Below, piece after piece: positions 14,428-23,606 of a stretch of 36,810 nt of DNA. Each line of letters starts with the position of its first letter. Within the stretch, counting starts at the first letter, position 1. Origin of the DNA: a virus; IMG/VR virus record IMGVR_UViG_3300022214_000003. One strand, written 5' to 3'. Made by a program: the position numbers and the translations under genes. The notes beneath the pieces are model-generated. The model searched no databases and was not told the origin of the DNA. It was given only the letters and a program-made list of their open reading frames with translations.

Positions 14428-14456
14428 AATATACGTCTCCATAGGAGATATGTCAA
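14428..14456 (-). promoter_or_regulatory. Leftward early promoter, TTGACA-N17-TATATT, with palindrome TCTCC-N3-GGAGA in the spacer
   Basis: The -35 is consensus and the -10 near-consensus, read on the minus strand. The spacer is exactly 17 nt. Confidence 0.6.
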
Positions 14457-14474
14457 GGGGTGTATTATGTGATC

Positions 14475-14503
14475 TTGCTCACATCTGCATGCTCTGGTAT
14501 AAT
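14475..14503 (+). promoter_or_regulatory. Rightward promoter for the structural operon, TTGCTC-N17-TATAAT, overlapped by TGTGA-N6-TCACA (14468-14483)
   Basis: The -10 is perfect and the spacer is 17 nt. A perfect 5+5 inverted repeat overlaps the -35. Confidence 0.55.
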
Positions 14504-14642
14504 TAGCTGGGGAAGTGACGGGAATGAGCCTTTCTGCCCAACTTCCTCCCGCACACAAAAAACCTGCGGGATGTCAATGCAATGTCGCTCGCTGTGCTTG
14601 ATCTTGGCGGATGAACACAGCGAGTGAAGCCTAAAGGTACTT

Positions 14643-15053
14643 ATGCAACAACATTTAATACAGGCTGGCCTTTTTAGCGATCCGGCATATTCTCCTGTAG
14701 CGCCACCACGTAAACGCGGCGGGCGTGCGGGCATACCTAACCGCAACTACACCCAGCTACGCCTGGCGCTAGAGGAGGCGGGGTGCAATATCCCGCAGGA
14801 GATTGCCACACTGCTGCATGGGGACCAACTCAGCGCAATGGAGAAGGTTGACCTGATCTGCGCGCTCATGCCGCGCCTGTATCCTGAATATAGAGCAATT
14901 GATCCTGATGGTTATATCACTGTAGAACAAGTTATGGAGCTGCAGCAGCGCTTTCTAACCCTAGTGGTTGAGCGTTTGCAGGCTGAGCTTGTGGGAGTTG
15001 ACGTTGCCCGCGTTCTCGCTGGACTCGCACCCACTGGTGCCACAGTCCCGTAA
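14643..15053 (+). CDS. Candidate small terminase subunit
   Basis: The call rests on position immediately upstream of terL, on size (136 aa) and on a basic N-terminal segment (PPRKRGGRAGIPNRNY). No family motif was recognised. Confidence 0.4.
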   Translation: MQQHLIQAGLFSDPAYSPVAPPRKRGGRAGIPNRNYTQLRLALEEAGCNIPQEIATLLHGDQLSAMEKVDLICALMPRLYPEYRAIDPDGYITVEQVMELQQRFLTLVVERLQAELVGVDVARVLAGLAPTGATVP

Positions 15054-15057
15054 TCCT

Positions 15058-16590
15058 ATGGATCGTGTTTGGCAGGCCACCCTGGCCAATATATCCCGCC
15101 TTTCCCATAAGCATACTACACAAAGTTCTGGTTTATGGCGCCCCCTCCCTTCCACCTATCAGCAATGGTTGCAAACACACTGGCCTGATGATGCACCGCT
15201 TGCATCCTACCACCATGAGTTCTGGGTGCAGGTTTGGCGGTGGCGCCCTGGCGTTGCGGCGCCACCGTTTGTGGCGGTCTGGGCACGGGGGTTTGCTAAG
15301 TCAACCATGGTTGAGCGTGCCCTAATGGCCTGCGCGCAGTTTGGCCTGAGGCGCTATGGGCTCTACGTGTGCGAGACGCAAGGTCAGTCCGATGACCATG
15401 TGGGCAACGTTGCCATGCTGCTGGAGCGTCCAGGATTAGGCATCCAGCGTGCCCTAAGCGCTTACGGGCACAGCAAGGGATGGCGCGGCAACCGGTTGCG
15501 CACTAGCGATGGCTGGACGCTGGATGCGGTAGGGCTTGATACCGCAGCACGTGGGGCCAAGTCGGACGAACAACGGCCTGACCTGATTATCCTCGACGAT
15601 ATTGACGGGGAGAGCGATAGCCCTCTTGTGATCCAGCGCAAACTCGCCACCCTGACCAAGAAAATCCTGCCTGCTGGTAGCGCTGATGTGATCGTGTTGG
15701 CCGTGCAAAATCTGCCCAACAAAGACGGCATCTTTGCGCAACTTGTGGATGGCCGTGCCGACTACCTTGCCGAGCGGGTAGTATCTGGCCCCCATCCAGC
15801 CATCCGGGGCATGGAAGTCGAGCAGGTGCCTGCAGCCGATGGGAAATACCGTTGGCAGATTACGGGCGGCGAGCCCACCTGGCCCTACATGAGCCTGCAG
15901 CGCTGTGCGGATATGCTCAATGTAGAGGGCCTGCGGGCCTTCCGGGTTGAACGCCAGCATGAATACGAGGCACGCGAGGGGGCCTTGTGGCAGCGGGCCT
16001 GGATCGAGCGTAGCCGCGTGACGCAGGCGCCAAAGCTGAGCGCCATCTATCTCGGCGTTGACCCGCCTGGGGGTACGGTGACAGAGTGTGGGCTGATCGT
16101 GGCAGGGCTGGGCATAGATGGGCATATCTATATTATTGCAGATGGCTCGCTAGCAGGCAGTCCTGAGACGTGGGGGAGCCAGGCCGTAGCGTTGGCTGAG
16201 CAGTGGGGCGTGCATGCGGTTCTAGGCGAGGATAACCACGGCGGCGACATGGTGCTCTCTACGGTCCGCGCCGCACTCCAAGGGCGGCCGCGCCGGTGGC
16301 GCTTAGAGAAAGTCCACGCTAGCCGAGGGAAAGCGGTGCGAGCGCAGCCCCTCTCAGCGCTTGCCGAGCAAGGCCGGGTGCATCATGTGGGCCATTTCCC
16401 AGCGCTGGAGGCAGAGTTGTGTGAGTGGATACCTGATGCGGGTATGCCCAGCCCTAACCGGCTGGATGCTGCGGTGTGGGCTACGGCTACTCTGATAGAC
16501 CAGATGCAGCAAGCCAAGCCATCAGAGATCCGTAGCACAGGCCGTAGAGCAAGCGCGTCTGGCCTGGCACGCTTCGCAGGGGGGAGGTAA
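15058..16590 (+). CDS. terL: Terminase large subunit
   Basis: Deviant Walker A ARGFAKST. Walker B DLIILDDIDGE. The C-terminal nuclease-like region contains GVDPPGG..IIADG. I chose the start at ATG 15058, just after the upstream stop. Confidence 0.8.
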   Translation: MDRVWQATLANISRLSHKHTTQSSGLWRPLPSTYQQWLQTHWPDDAPLASYHHEFWVQVWRWRPGVAAPPFVAVWARGFAKSTMVERALMACAQFGLRRYGLYVCETQGQSDDHVGNVAMLLERPGLGIQRALSAYGHSKGWRGNRLRTSDGWTLDAVGLDTAARGAKSDEQRPDLIILDDIDGESDSPLVIQRKLATLTKKILPAGSADVIVLAVQNLPNKDGIFAQLVDGRADYLAERVVSGPHPAIRGMEVEQVPAADGKYRWQITGGEPTWPYMSLQRCADMLNVEGLRAFRVERQHEYEAREGALWQRAWIERSRVTQAPKLSAIYLGVDPPGGTVTECGLIVAGLGIDGHIYIIADGSLAGSPETWGSQAVALAEQWGVHAVLGEDNHGGDMVLSTVRAALQGRPRRWRLEKVHASRGKAVRAQPLSALAEQGRVHHVGHFPALEAELCEWIPDAGMPSPNRLDAAVWATATLIDQMQQAKPSEIRSTGRRASASGLARFAGGR

Positions 16591-18743
16591 TGGCAGAGCT
16601 AGATCGTGGCCAGGTCCAAGGGCCGCAGATCGTTACTATCCAGGACGACCCACGCTATCAATATTATATTGGCCAGATAGCGCTGAACCCGGACCGCGTA
16701 CTCAGGCAAGAGGGGCGGGGTCTGGGCGTTGAACTCTACATGCGGGCGGAAGAGGACGCGCATCTTGCGTCTGTGCTGCAGCAACGCTATCTGGCGACAA
16801 TCGAGCGTGAATGGCAAATCCTGCCAGCGAGCGATGCACCACGCGACCAGGAGATTGCTGATTTTGTTCGGCGTGTACTACTGGCCAGCAACTTTGATGT
16901 GGGGCGCGGGCATCTCCTGCGGGCCATCCATCGAGGCTATAGCGTGTGCGAGCTTGACTGGGGTCTGGACGTAACCGGGGCCATAGCGCTGCGGCAATGG
17001 TGGCCGCGTGCGCCGTATCGCTTTGTCTTTGGCATTGAGGGCGAGTTGCGGGTGCTCACGCGCATACAACGGCTACACGGCGAGGAGGTGCCGCCAGCTA
17101 AGTTTGTGGTCCATACTGTAGGCGATGAGGTCGGAACGCGCTACGGCAAAGGCTTAGGACAAGTTACCTACTGGCTGACCTGGTTCAAGAGAGAACTACT
17201 TAAATTCTGGCTGATCTATGCAGACAAGCACGGCATGCCCACCCCAGTCATTAAATATGATCCACTTATGCCTAACGTTGATGAGTATGTGTCCAAGTTG
17301 CAAGATGCTATTAGCGAGCTACACAGCGAGACAGGGCTACTGATCCCAGGGCTGGATATTGACGTGTCCATCCTGGAGAGCAACCGGCAAGGCGCTAGCG
17401 GCCTCTACGAGGGTTTTGCAGCCTATCTGGACTCCTCGATAAGCAAGGCAGTCCTAACCCAGACGCTTACCACGCAGGAGCAAGGCACGGGATCACTGGC
17501 ACTGGGCGACGTGCATGCCTCAGGGCTCAAGCGCGTGACTAAATCCGATAGCGATGCGCTGGCCGAGACGCTCAATGGTCCTACGGGGCCTATCCATACA
17601 CTGGTAGACTTGAACTATCCAAGCGTGCAGGAATATCCGCAGTATGCTGTGAACTGGGACGAGGACGACAACCTTAATGCTAGAGCTGAGCGCGATCAAC
17701 GTCTAGGCTCGCTGGGGGTGGTATTTACCCAACGCTACATCACAGAGCACTATGGCATCCCAGCGCCAGAAGCCGGGGATGTCGTGCTAACGCCGCAAGG
17801 GCGCACTGCGGGCAATGAGCCGCCTATGTCGTTTGCCGAGGCAGATCGTGCTTTGGCGCGGCGCGTGGCACGAGAGCAGGCGCAACGGCAAATGCTGGAG
17901 GACTTAGCGAGCCCTTTCGTCGGGAGGGCGGGCGCTGACTTTGCCCGTCAGGTGCGGATGTGGGTTAGCCAGCGCAGCACGCTTGATAATGTAGGCGCCC
18001 AGCTTGGCTACTTGGAGACGGCACTAGACCTGGACTTGCTTGGCAATACGTTGTATGCAACTATGCTGCCAGGGCGCTTGTTGGGCTTGGCGCAAGTCGC
18101 TCTCGACAATGGGCCAGCGGCCTTCGCAGCCGTAGAGCCCTTGCCGAGCATTGTGGTGGAGCCGGAGGAAGCACTAGAGTGGTTCCGCGATAAGGTGCCG
18201 CTAAGTGCAGATGCGTACCGCGCCCTTGCAGATGAGGTCAAGTCGTTGGCCTTCGGCATTGCGGGCGTGCAAAACGTGCAAATTGTGGCACTCATCCAGG
18301 CCGCGCTAGAGCAAGCCCTGGCCGAGGGCAGTACGTTCTCGGTTTTCCTGGATCGTATTGATGCGCTGTTTGACGCACAAGCCCCAGGGACAACCCCAGG
18401 GCGGGCGCACCTAGAGAACGTGTTCCGGACGAACCTGCAGAGCGCTTACCAGGCGGGGCGGCTTGAGGGACAACGCCAAGCGGCGGGGCGTAGGCCATAC
18501 TGGCAGTACAACGCCATCGACGATGATCGGGTGAGAGAGTCGCATCTAGCCCAGGATGGCAAGGTCTATCGCTACGACCATCCCTTCTGGGATCGGTGGT
18601 ATCCACCCAACGGTTATCAATGCCGCTGCACAGTGACGACATTGAGCGAGGATGAACTAGGCGAGTTTGGCTTGCAGGTGAGCCAGGCCGATGCGCCCGA
18701 GGCGCCAGACCAGGGCTTTGCAGGGTATCCCAGGGAGGTATAA
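16590..18743 (+). CDS. Portal protein (Mu gp29/DUF935-like) fused to a C-terminal MuF/SPP1 gp7-like minor head domain
   Basis: Size and position match a portal. The C-terminus YWQYNAIDDDRVRESHLAQDGKVYRYDHPFWDRWYPPNGYQCRC matches the Phage_Mu_F signature. Confidence 0.7.
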   Translation: MAELDRGQVQGPQIVTIQDDPRYQYYIGQIALNPDRVLRQEGRGLGVELYMRAEEDAHLASVLQQRYLATIEREWQILPASDAPRDQEIADFVRRVLLASNFDVGRGHLLRAIHRGYSVCELDWGLDVTGAIALRQWWPRAPYRFVFGIEGELRVLTRIQRLHGEEVPPAKFVVHTVGDEVGTRYGKGLGQVTYWLTWFKRELLKFWLIYADKHGMPTPVIKYDPLMPNVDEYVSKLQDAISELHSETGLLIPGLDIDVSILESNRQGASGLYEGFAAYLDSSISKAVLTQTLTTQEQGTGSLALGDVHASGLKRVTKSDSDALAETLNGPTGPIHTLVDLNYPSVQEYPQYAVNWDEDDNLNARAERDQRLGSLGVVFTQRYITEHYGIPAPEAGDVVLTPQGRTAGNEPPMSFAEADRALARRVAREQAQRQMLEDLASPFVGRAGADFARQVRMWVSQRSTLDNVGAQLGYLETALDLDLLGNTLYATMLPGRLLGLAQVALDNGPAAFAAVEPLPSIVVEPEEALEWFRDKVPLSADAYRALADEVKSLAFGIAGVQNVQIVALIQAALEQALAEGSTFSVFLDRIDALFDAQAPGTTPGRAHLENVFRTNLQSAYQAGRLEGQRQAAGRRPYWQYNAIDDDRVRESHLAQDGKVYRYDHPFWDRWYPPNGYQCRCTVTTLSEDELGEFGLQVSQADAPEAPDQGFAGYPREV

Positions 18744-19871
18744 ATGAGACTTATTGACGGCGGATGGATCGAAGTGTTTCGGGCTGGGAGGCACGTTGAT
18801 AGCGGCGGGCATGAGCGTGTGTGGACAAGGGATGACCTGGACCGCATTGTGGCTAACCATGCTAATGATGGCCACGAGCCGCCGCTCGTGATCGGGCACC
18901 CTAAGACCGACGATCCTGCTTATGGATGGGTGCCAGCCGTGCGGCGCAATGGCGATGTGCTTGAGGCGCAGGTGCGTAATGTCGAGCCAGGCTTTGCGGC
19001 CCTGGTTGAGCAAGGGCGCTACCGGACCCGTAGCGTATCCCTCGCCCCGCTTGGCGACCAGGGCTACCGTGTGCGGCATGTGGGGTTGCTCGGAGCAAAA
19101 GCGCCCAGCGTCAAGGGGCTATCGGATAAAGTGGCAGCGTACCATGCTGTGGACACCGATGCGGTTGTGCTAGAGGTGCCAATCGAGCATGCCGCAGACG
19201 ATGACGCTACCTTGCTGCAGGGGCTGCGGGCCTTGTTGGCCCGTATGTTGCCCGGCGGGGAGGGACACAAGGACCCTGAGCCTGTGTCAGTACAACATGA
19301 TGGAGGGACAGAGATGGCAGAACAGCAACAGCAGAGCATTACAATTGAAGCTGCGGTGCGTGCCGCAGAGGAAAGGGTGCGGGCAGAGTTTGCGGCCTCG
19401 CAGGCAGAAGCGCAGGCGCAAATTGCACAGCTTCAGGCTGCTAACCGGCGGGCGCAAATCCAGAGCCGCCTGGCAGCGCTCAAGCGCCAGGGCCGGGTGA
19501 CGCCTGCCATGGAGCGGGCCGGGCTGCTAGAGTTCTGCGAAGGCTTGGCAGCGCTTGGCGACACACCCACCTTGACCTATAGCGATAGCGAGGGCAGAGC
19601 GGCCACGTCGGGCCTAGGGCAATGGTTTGATGGGTTCATGGCTTCCCTACCGGTGCAGATTGAGCTTGATAAGCGTATCGTTGACCCTGACGATCACACC
19701 GGGCGGCAAGCGAGTGCTTTTGCTACGCTTGATGCGCGGGCGAAGGAATTGGTACAGAGTAGCAATGGGACAGTGACCTACTCTGCGGCGCTTGCCCAGG
19801 TAGGGCAGGAAGAGCCTACACTCTACGCTGAATATCAGCGTGAGCAGCGGGCACGGACGCAAGCACGCTAA
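18744..19871 (+). CDS. Mu gpI-like head maturation protease/scaffold
   Basis: The N-terminal pattern PLVIGHPKTDDPAYGWV..NGDVLEAQV..VEQGRYRTRSVSL resembles the Mu I family. The C-terminal part is a Gln/Ala-rich coiled coil. Confidence 0.6.
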   Translation: MRLIDGGWIEVFRAGRHVDSGGHERVWTRDDLDRIVANHANDGHEPPLVIGHPKTDDPAYGWVPAVRRNGDVLEAQVRNVEPGFAALVEQGRYRTRSVSLAPLGDQGYRVRHVGLLGAKAPSVKGLSDKVAAYHAVDTDAVVLEVPIEHAADDDATLLQGLRALLARMLPGGEGHKDPEPVSVQHDGGTEMAEQQQQSITIEAAVRAAEERVRAEFAASQAEAQAQIAQLQAANRRAQIQSRLAALKRQGRVTPAMERAGLLEFCEGLAALGDTPTLTYSDSEGRAATSGLGQWFDGFMASLPVQIELDKRIVDPDDHTGRQASAFATLDARAKELVQSSNGTVTYSAALAQVGQEEPTLYAEYQREQRARTQAR

Positions 19872-19883
19872 GGAGGTGCGGCA

Positions 19884-20291
19884 ATGGCGACTTATACGGG
19901 GCTGGATGTTGGCTTTGATGTGGCGTCAGGCGTAGACCTGTCAGCACGCGAATTGCGTTTCATCTCGCTCGACAGCGTGGGCGACCTGACGAACATGGCG
20001 TCTGCTGCGAGCTTGACGGTCGGTGTGATCCAGCGGGCACCACGGGCAGATGGCGGCGAGGGCGCTACGGTTCGCGTTGACGGCATCACGAAAGTTGAAG
20101 CAGCCGGGGCGCTGCCGGTTAATACTGCGGTTATTGCTGAGTATGTGTCAGCTACCGACCAGGGCAAGGCGCTGGCGCTGCCGGGCTCTGCTGGGACGTA
20201 TCGTGTGCGGGGTATTGTGATTGGAGCAGCGAGCGCTGAGGGTGAAATTGCAACAATCCGGCTTGTGGAATATCTGGTAATCGTGACCTAG
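19884..20291 (+). CDS. DUF2190-like head decoration/cement protein
   Basis: It is 135 aa, Gly/Ala/Val-rich, and lies directly upstream of the major capsid gene. Confidence 0.45.
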   Translation: MATYTGLDVGFDVASGVDLSARELRFISLDSVGDLTNMASAASLTVGVIQRAPRADGGEGATVRVDGITKVEAAGALPVNTAVIAEYVSATDQGKALALPGSAGTYRVRGIVIGAASAEGEIATIRLVEYLVIVT

Positions 20292-20316
20292 CGGCACGGG
20301 TTAGGAGGACAGCAGC

Positions 20317-21273
20317 ATGGTAGCTATCAATCGAGGATATACAACTGACCCGGTTTTGACCGCGCACGTGCAGGCGTTTCGCAATCCCAGGTATATCTTT
20401 GAACAGGTTTTCCCGGTGGTGACGGTAGAGGCGCAGGCCGCAACGTTCCATGCCTGGCTCAAGGGTGCATGGTTCCGCGATGAGGCACAACCGCGCCCAC
20501 CTGGCGCCATGGCAGCACGGGGCGATGTGCGGAAGGAAGCACGCACATACAACTGTACCAATAAGGCGTTTGGTCATGCTGTCCCTGATGAGATCCGGCG
20601 GCGGGATGGGGATGCCATGTCGGAGCTTATCGCTTCGCAGCATGTGGCCAACGCGGTCATGCTCAACAAGGAGCGCCAGGTAGCAGCCGAGGTACTCACG
20701 GCGGCAAACTGGACCAGTAGCGAGGATGTTGCCGGGGGCTGGGCATCAGACGCAAGCCCATCTACATTCTTTATTGATGTTGAGACGGCGATGGATACCA
20801 TCGAATTGCGGTGTGGCTATCGCCCAAACGTGCTTATGGTTGATTCACAGACGTTGTTCCACCTGCGTCAGACGCCAGCGATCTATGATCGTATCCAGTT
20901 TGCCACAGTGACGAATCAGCCACGGCTGGTTACGCCTATGCTCCTTGCTGCTAGCCTGGGCCTTGATGAGGTTGTCGTTGGCGGCAGCATTCACAGCACG
21001 GCAGCAGAGAAAGCTGACGGGACCGACTTCACGGCGGCGCGTATCTGGCAGCTTAATGCGGGCAAGGGATCGGCGTTCTTGTTCTATCGTTCGCCCTCGC
21101 CGAACTTAGAGATGCCTTCGGCGGGCTACCTCCTGCAGTACGAGCAGGTGGACGCTTATCAGTACCGTGAGGATTCGAGGCATCAGGACGTTGTAGAGGC
21201 CAGTGCAAACTACAACGCTTATCCGCTGGCCGCAGACATGGGCCATCTGTTCACGGATACCATTTTGACCTAA
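20317..21273 (+). CDS. Major capsid protein
   Basis: Position, size (318 aa) and a strong AGGAGG SD support the call. The sequence has a general gpE-like character. Confidence 0.7.
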   Translation: MVAINRGYTTDPVLTAHVQAFRNPRYIFEQVFPVVTVEAQAATFHAWLKGAWFRDEAQPRPPGAMAARGDVRKEARTYNCTNKAFGHAVPDEIRRRDGDAMSELIASQHVANAVMLNKERQVAAEVLTAANWTSSEDVAGGWASDASPSTFFIDVETAMDTIELRCGYRPNVLMVDSQTLFHLRQTPAIYDRIQFATVTNQPRLVTPMLLAASLGLDEVVVGGSIHSTAAEKADGTDFTAARIWQLNAGKGSAFLFYRSPSPNLEMPSAGYLLQYEQVDAYQYREDSRHQDVVEASANYNAYPLAADMGHLFTDTILT

Positions 21274-21281
21274 GGTGGCCT

Positions 21282-21719
21282 ATGGCTTATGCAACCATAG
21301 CAGACCTGATTGAGGAGGCCAGCACAGAGCTATTGCTGGAGCTGGCTGATGACCTGGATAGCGGCGACATCAATGACGCCGCTGTGCAGGCACTCTTGCA
21401 GGATAATTTAGACGATGCGGCAGCCATGCTCGATAGCTATGTAGGTGTTGTGTATGCACTGCCCTTGGCAAGTACGCCAGATGTGCTCAACAAGTACAAC
21501 TCGCTTTATGCTTTGTATCTGCTGTACCTGCGCCGGGGGCAGGTGCCAGACGCTTTGCAACTTGCGATTGATAACCTACTACGCTGGCTGCGTGACCTGG
21601 CAGCGGGGAAGGTTCAACTAGGCTTGCCTGCTGCAGATGTGCCTGTGCCATTAAGCCTGCCGCGTGCGGTGGTGGCTGGGCCGCAGATATTCACCCGTAC
21701 CAGCTTGAGGAATCTCTGA
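21282..21719 (+). CDS. Mu gp36-like (DUF1320) head-tail connector protein
   Basis: MAYATIADLIEE..LDSYVGVVYALPL matches the DUF1320 N-terminal pattern. Confidence 0.55.
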   Translation: MAYATIADLIEEASTELLLELADDLDSGDINDAAVQALLQDNLDDAAAMLDSYVGVVYALPLASTPDVLNKYNSLYALYLLYLRRGQVPDALQLAIDNLLRWLRDLAAGKVQLGLPAADVPVPLSLPRAVVAGPQIFTRTSLRNL

Positions 21720-22144
21720 TGCCTGTGCGTGCGGACACCTCAGTATTCCGGGTGCGGATGGGTCAGATAGCAGGGCGGTTGCGCGACAAGCAGCCGTTAT
21801 ACCAGGATGTCAAGGGTAGGCTAGAGCTAAGCGTGCAGCAAAACTTTCGGGCCGAGGGCCGCCCTACCAAGTGGGCACCACTGCAGCCTGCGACGATAGC
21901 AGCTAGGCGGCGCGGGAGGCGCAAGGGTGGCCGGGCTCGCATTCTACGTGATACCGGGCGGCTAGCCGGAAGCATCATAGGCCGCATTGCTGGGGATAGC
22001 GTTATCGTTGGGACCAATGTGATCTACGCCCCGACGCATCAGTTTGGCCGGGGGCGCATACCTGCCAGGCCATTCCTCCTGCTACAGGTAGCGGACCTAC
22101 GCTATATTCGCAACCGTATGCAGCAGCATATCAGGGGGCGCTGA
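21719..22144 (+). CDS. Phage virion morphogenesis protein (Mu gpG-like)
   Basis: The pattern W.PL.P.T...R..ILRDTGRLAGSI..VGTNVIYAPTHQFG is present. Confidence 0.55.
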   Translation: MPVRADTSVFRVRMGQIAGRLRDKQPLYQDVKGRLELSVQQNFRAEGRPTKWAPLQPATIAARRRGRRKGGRARILRDTGRLAGSIIGRIAGDSVIVGTNVIYAPTHQFGRGRIPARPFLLLQVADLRYIRNRMQQHIRGR

Positions 22145-22605
22145 TGGCACTGGACCCGATACAGGTACAAGATGCACTCCTGGCCTTGGTACAAGGAAGC
22201 CTGACTCTAGGGGCTTATTGCAAAACGGTGGCGGTCTATCAGGGGGGCTTTAGCCCTGAGGCGTTAGCTACTGTGGGGCAGGTGTATCGCTATCCTGCAG
22301 CACTCCTGGTCTACGATAGCTCTACCGGCGAGTTAAACCCCTCCAGAGTAACCAGGATCACAGAGCGCCACAACCTTCTACTCGCTGACCAGAACTATCG
22401 GGGCATCGCAGGCGTGCTGCGAGGTGATGCGCAAAACATCGGGGTACACCAGATGCTCATTGATGCACGGGGGCTGCTCCTGGGTAAGCAACTTTTCTCT
22501 GATGCTAGCTCTTTGCGCTTTGAGGGCGAGACGTTACTATATTCCGATTCATCCCTTGTGATCTATCAGTCTAGCTATTCGATCTATTATTTCCATACTG
22601 TGTAG
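22144..22605 (+). CDS. Candidate tail completion/neck protein
   Basis: The call is by position only. Its start overlaps the upstream stop (TGATG). Confidence 0.35.
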   Translation: MALDPIQVQDALLALVQGSLTLGAYCKTVAVYQGGFSPEALATVGQVYRYPAALLVYDSSTGELNPSRVTRITERHNLLLADQNYRGIAGVLRGDAQNIGVHQMLIDARGLLLGKQLFSDASSLRFEGETLLYSDSSLVIYQSSYSIYYFHTV

Positions 22606-22616
22606 GAGGTGAGGCC

Positions 22617-23603
22617 ATGCCGTTTGATGTTGGCTTCGACAACATTCTTGGGATAAAGAAGCAGGCGGCGTTAGGCACGCCGATTGCCGTGGATAAGATG
22701 ATCGGCTTCCTCAGCGAGAGCTTGCGCCGCAACCCGAACGTCGGCATCTCCGGGGCCATTATTGGCCGAGGCTACAATCATCGGACAGTCACACGCCCGA
22801 TTGCTTTCGATGGGGAGATTGTTTGCTTTGACGATCTAAGTGTACGGCATCCGATCCTGGAGCAGTTCGCGGGCTCATACACTGTGGCTGATCCTGGGCC
22901 GCCAGCAGTCGAGGCATACTACCAGCCGGTCGAGCTTGATGGTTCAATCTGGTTGACCGCTGCGCTAAAGAGCGCCCTGGAGGTGTTGGAATTCTCTGAC
23001 CTTGAGGCCGGGAGTTTGACCCTGACAGGGAGTCCTGAGGATGATTGCCGCATCTCCACATCCAACTTCTTCCGGGCGCGGATCAACAACTCGGTCATCA
23101 ACACATCTGGCTCCTTGGAAGCGCTAGCCTTTCCCGAGCCGCAACTGACCTTCGACAAGGCAGAGCTATGGCTAGGCGACCTAGTTGATGAGCTTGACTC
23201 ATCTGATGCCTTGACCATCCTCAGCTACCAGTTTGCTCACAACCGCAACAAAGAGCAGCGGGTAGCGGGGCTGACCCCACCACGGGCACGGGAGAATAAC
23301 ATTGCCACAGTGACGCTGACTATTACCTTGCCCTACCTGGAGACGACCACATGGCGAACGATCCTGGACAGCCAGGCGCCTAGACAAGCGCAACTACGCT
23401 GGGATGATGGCGTCAACCATCGCTATCTGTTTATGCCGTTGCTTAAGCTCATGGAGTTAAACGATACGAACACCACAGGGCCAGAAGCCAAGTCGCCCAC
23501 TTTGGTATTTGACGTCCAAGCCGACTATTACGGCGTCAATACTAACCCGACTATGGACTTTGGAACAACCGACGAGGTTCCATGGCGCATGTATGAGGGC
23601 TAA
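22617..23603 (+). CDS. Candidate major tail (tube) protein
   Basis: It lies upstream of the chaperone and tape-measure genes. A strong AGGAGG SD is present. No sheath-sized gene exists in the genome. Confidence 0.5.
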   Translation: MPFDVGFDNILGIKKQAALGTPIAVDKMIGFLSESLRRNPNVGISGAIIGRGYNHRTVTRPIAFDGEIVCFDDLSVRHPILEQFAGSYTVADPGPPAVEAYYQPVELDGSIWLTAALKSALEVLEFSDLEAGSLTLTGSPEDDCRISTSNFFRARINNSVINTSGSLEALAFPEPQLTFDKAELWLGDLVDELDSSDALTILSYQFAHNRNKEQRVAGLTPPRARENNIATVTLTITLPYLETTTWRTILDSQAPRQAQLRWDDGVNHRYLFMPLLKLMELNDTNTTGPEAKSPTLVFDVQADYYGVNTNPTMDFGTTDEVPWRMYEG

Positions 23604-23606
23604 TCT

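Noticed and set aside
14968-15057. The upstream extension of the terL ORF (track start 14968)
   Set aside because: It would overlap the preceding gene by 86 nt with no RBS. The ATG at 15058 follows the upstream stop directly.
18300-18743. A polymorphic toxin domain appended to the MuF domain
   Set aside because: The ORF ends about 35 residues after the CRC motif of MuF. There is no room for a C-terminal toxin, and no immunity-like small ORF follows.
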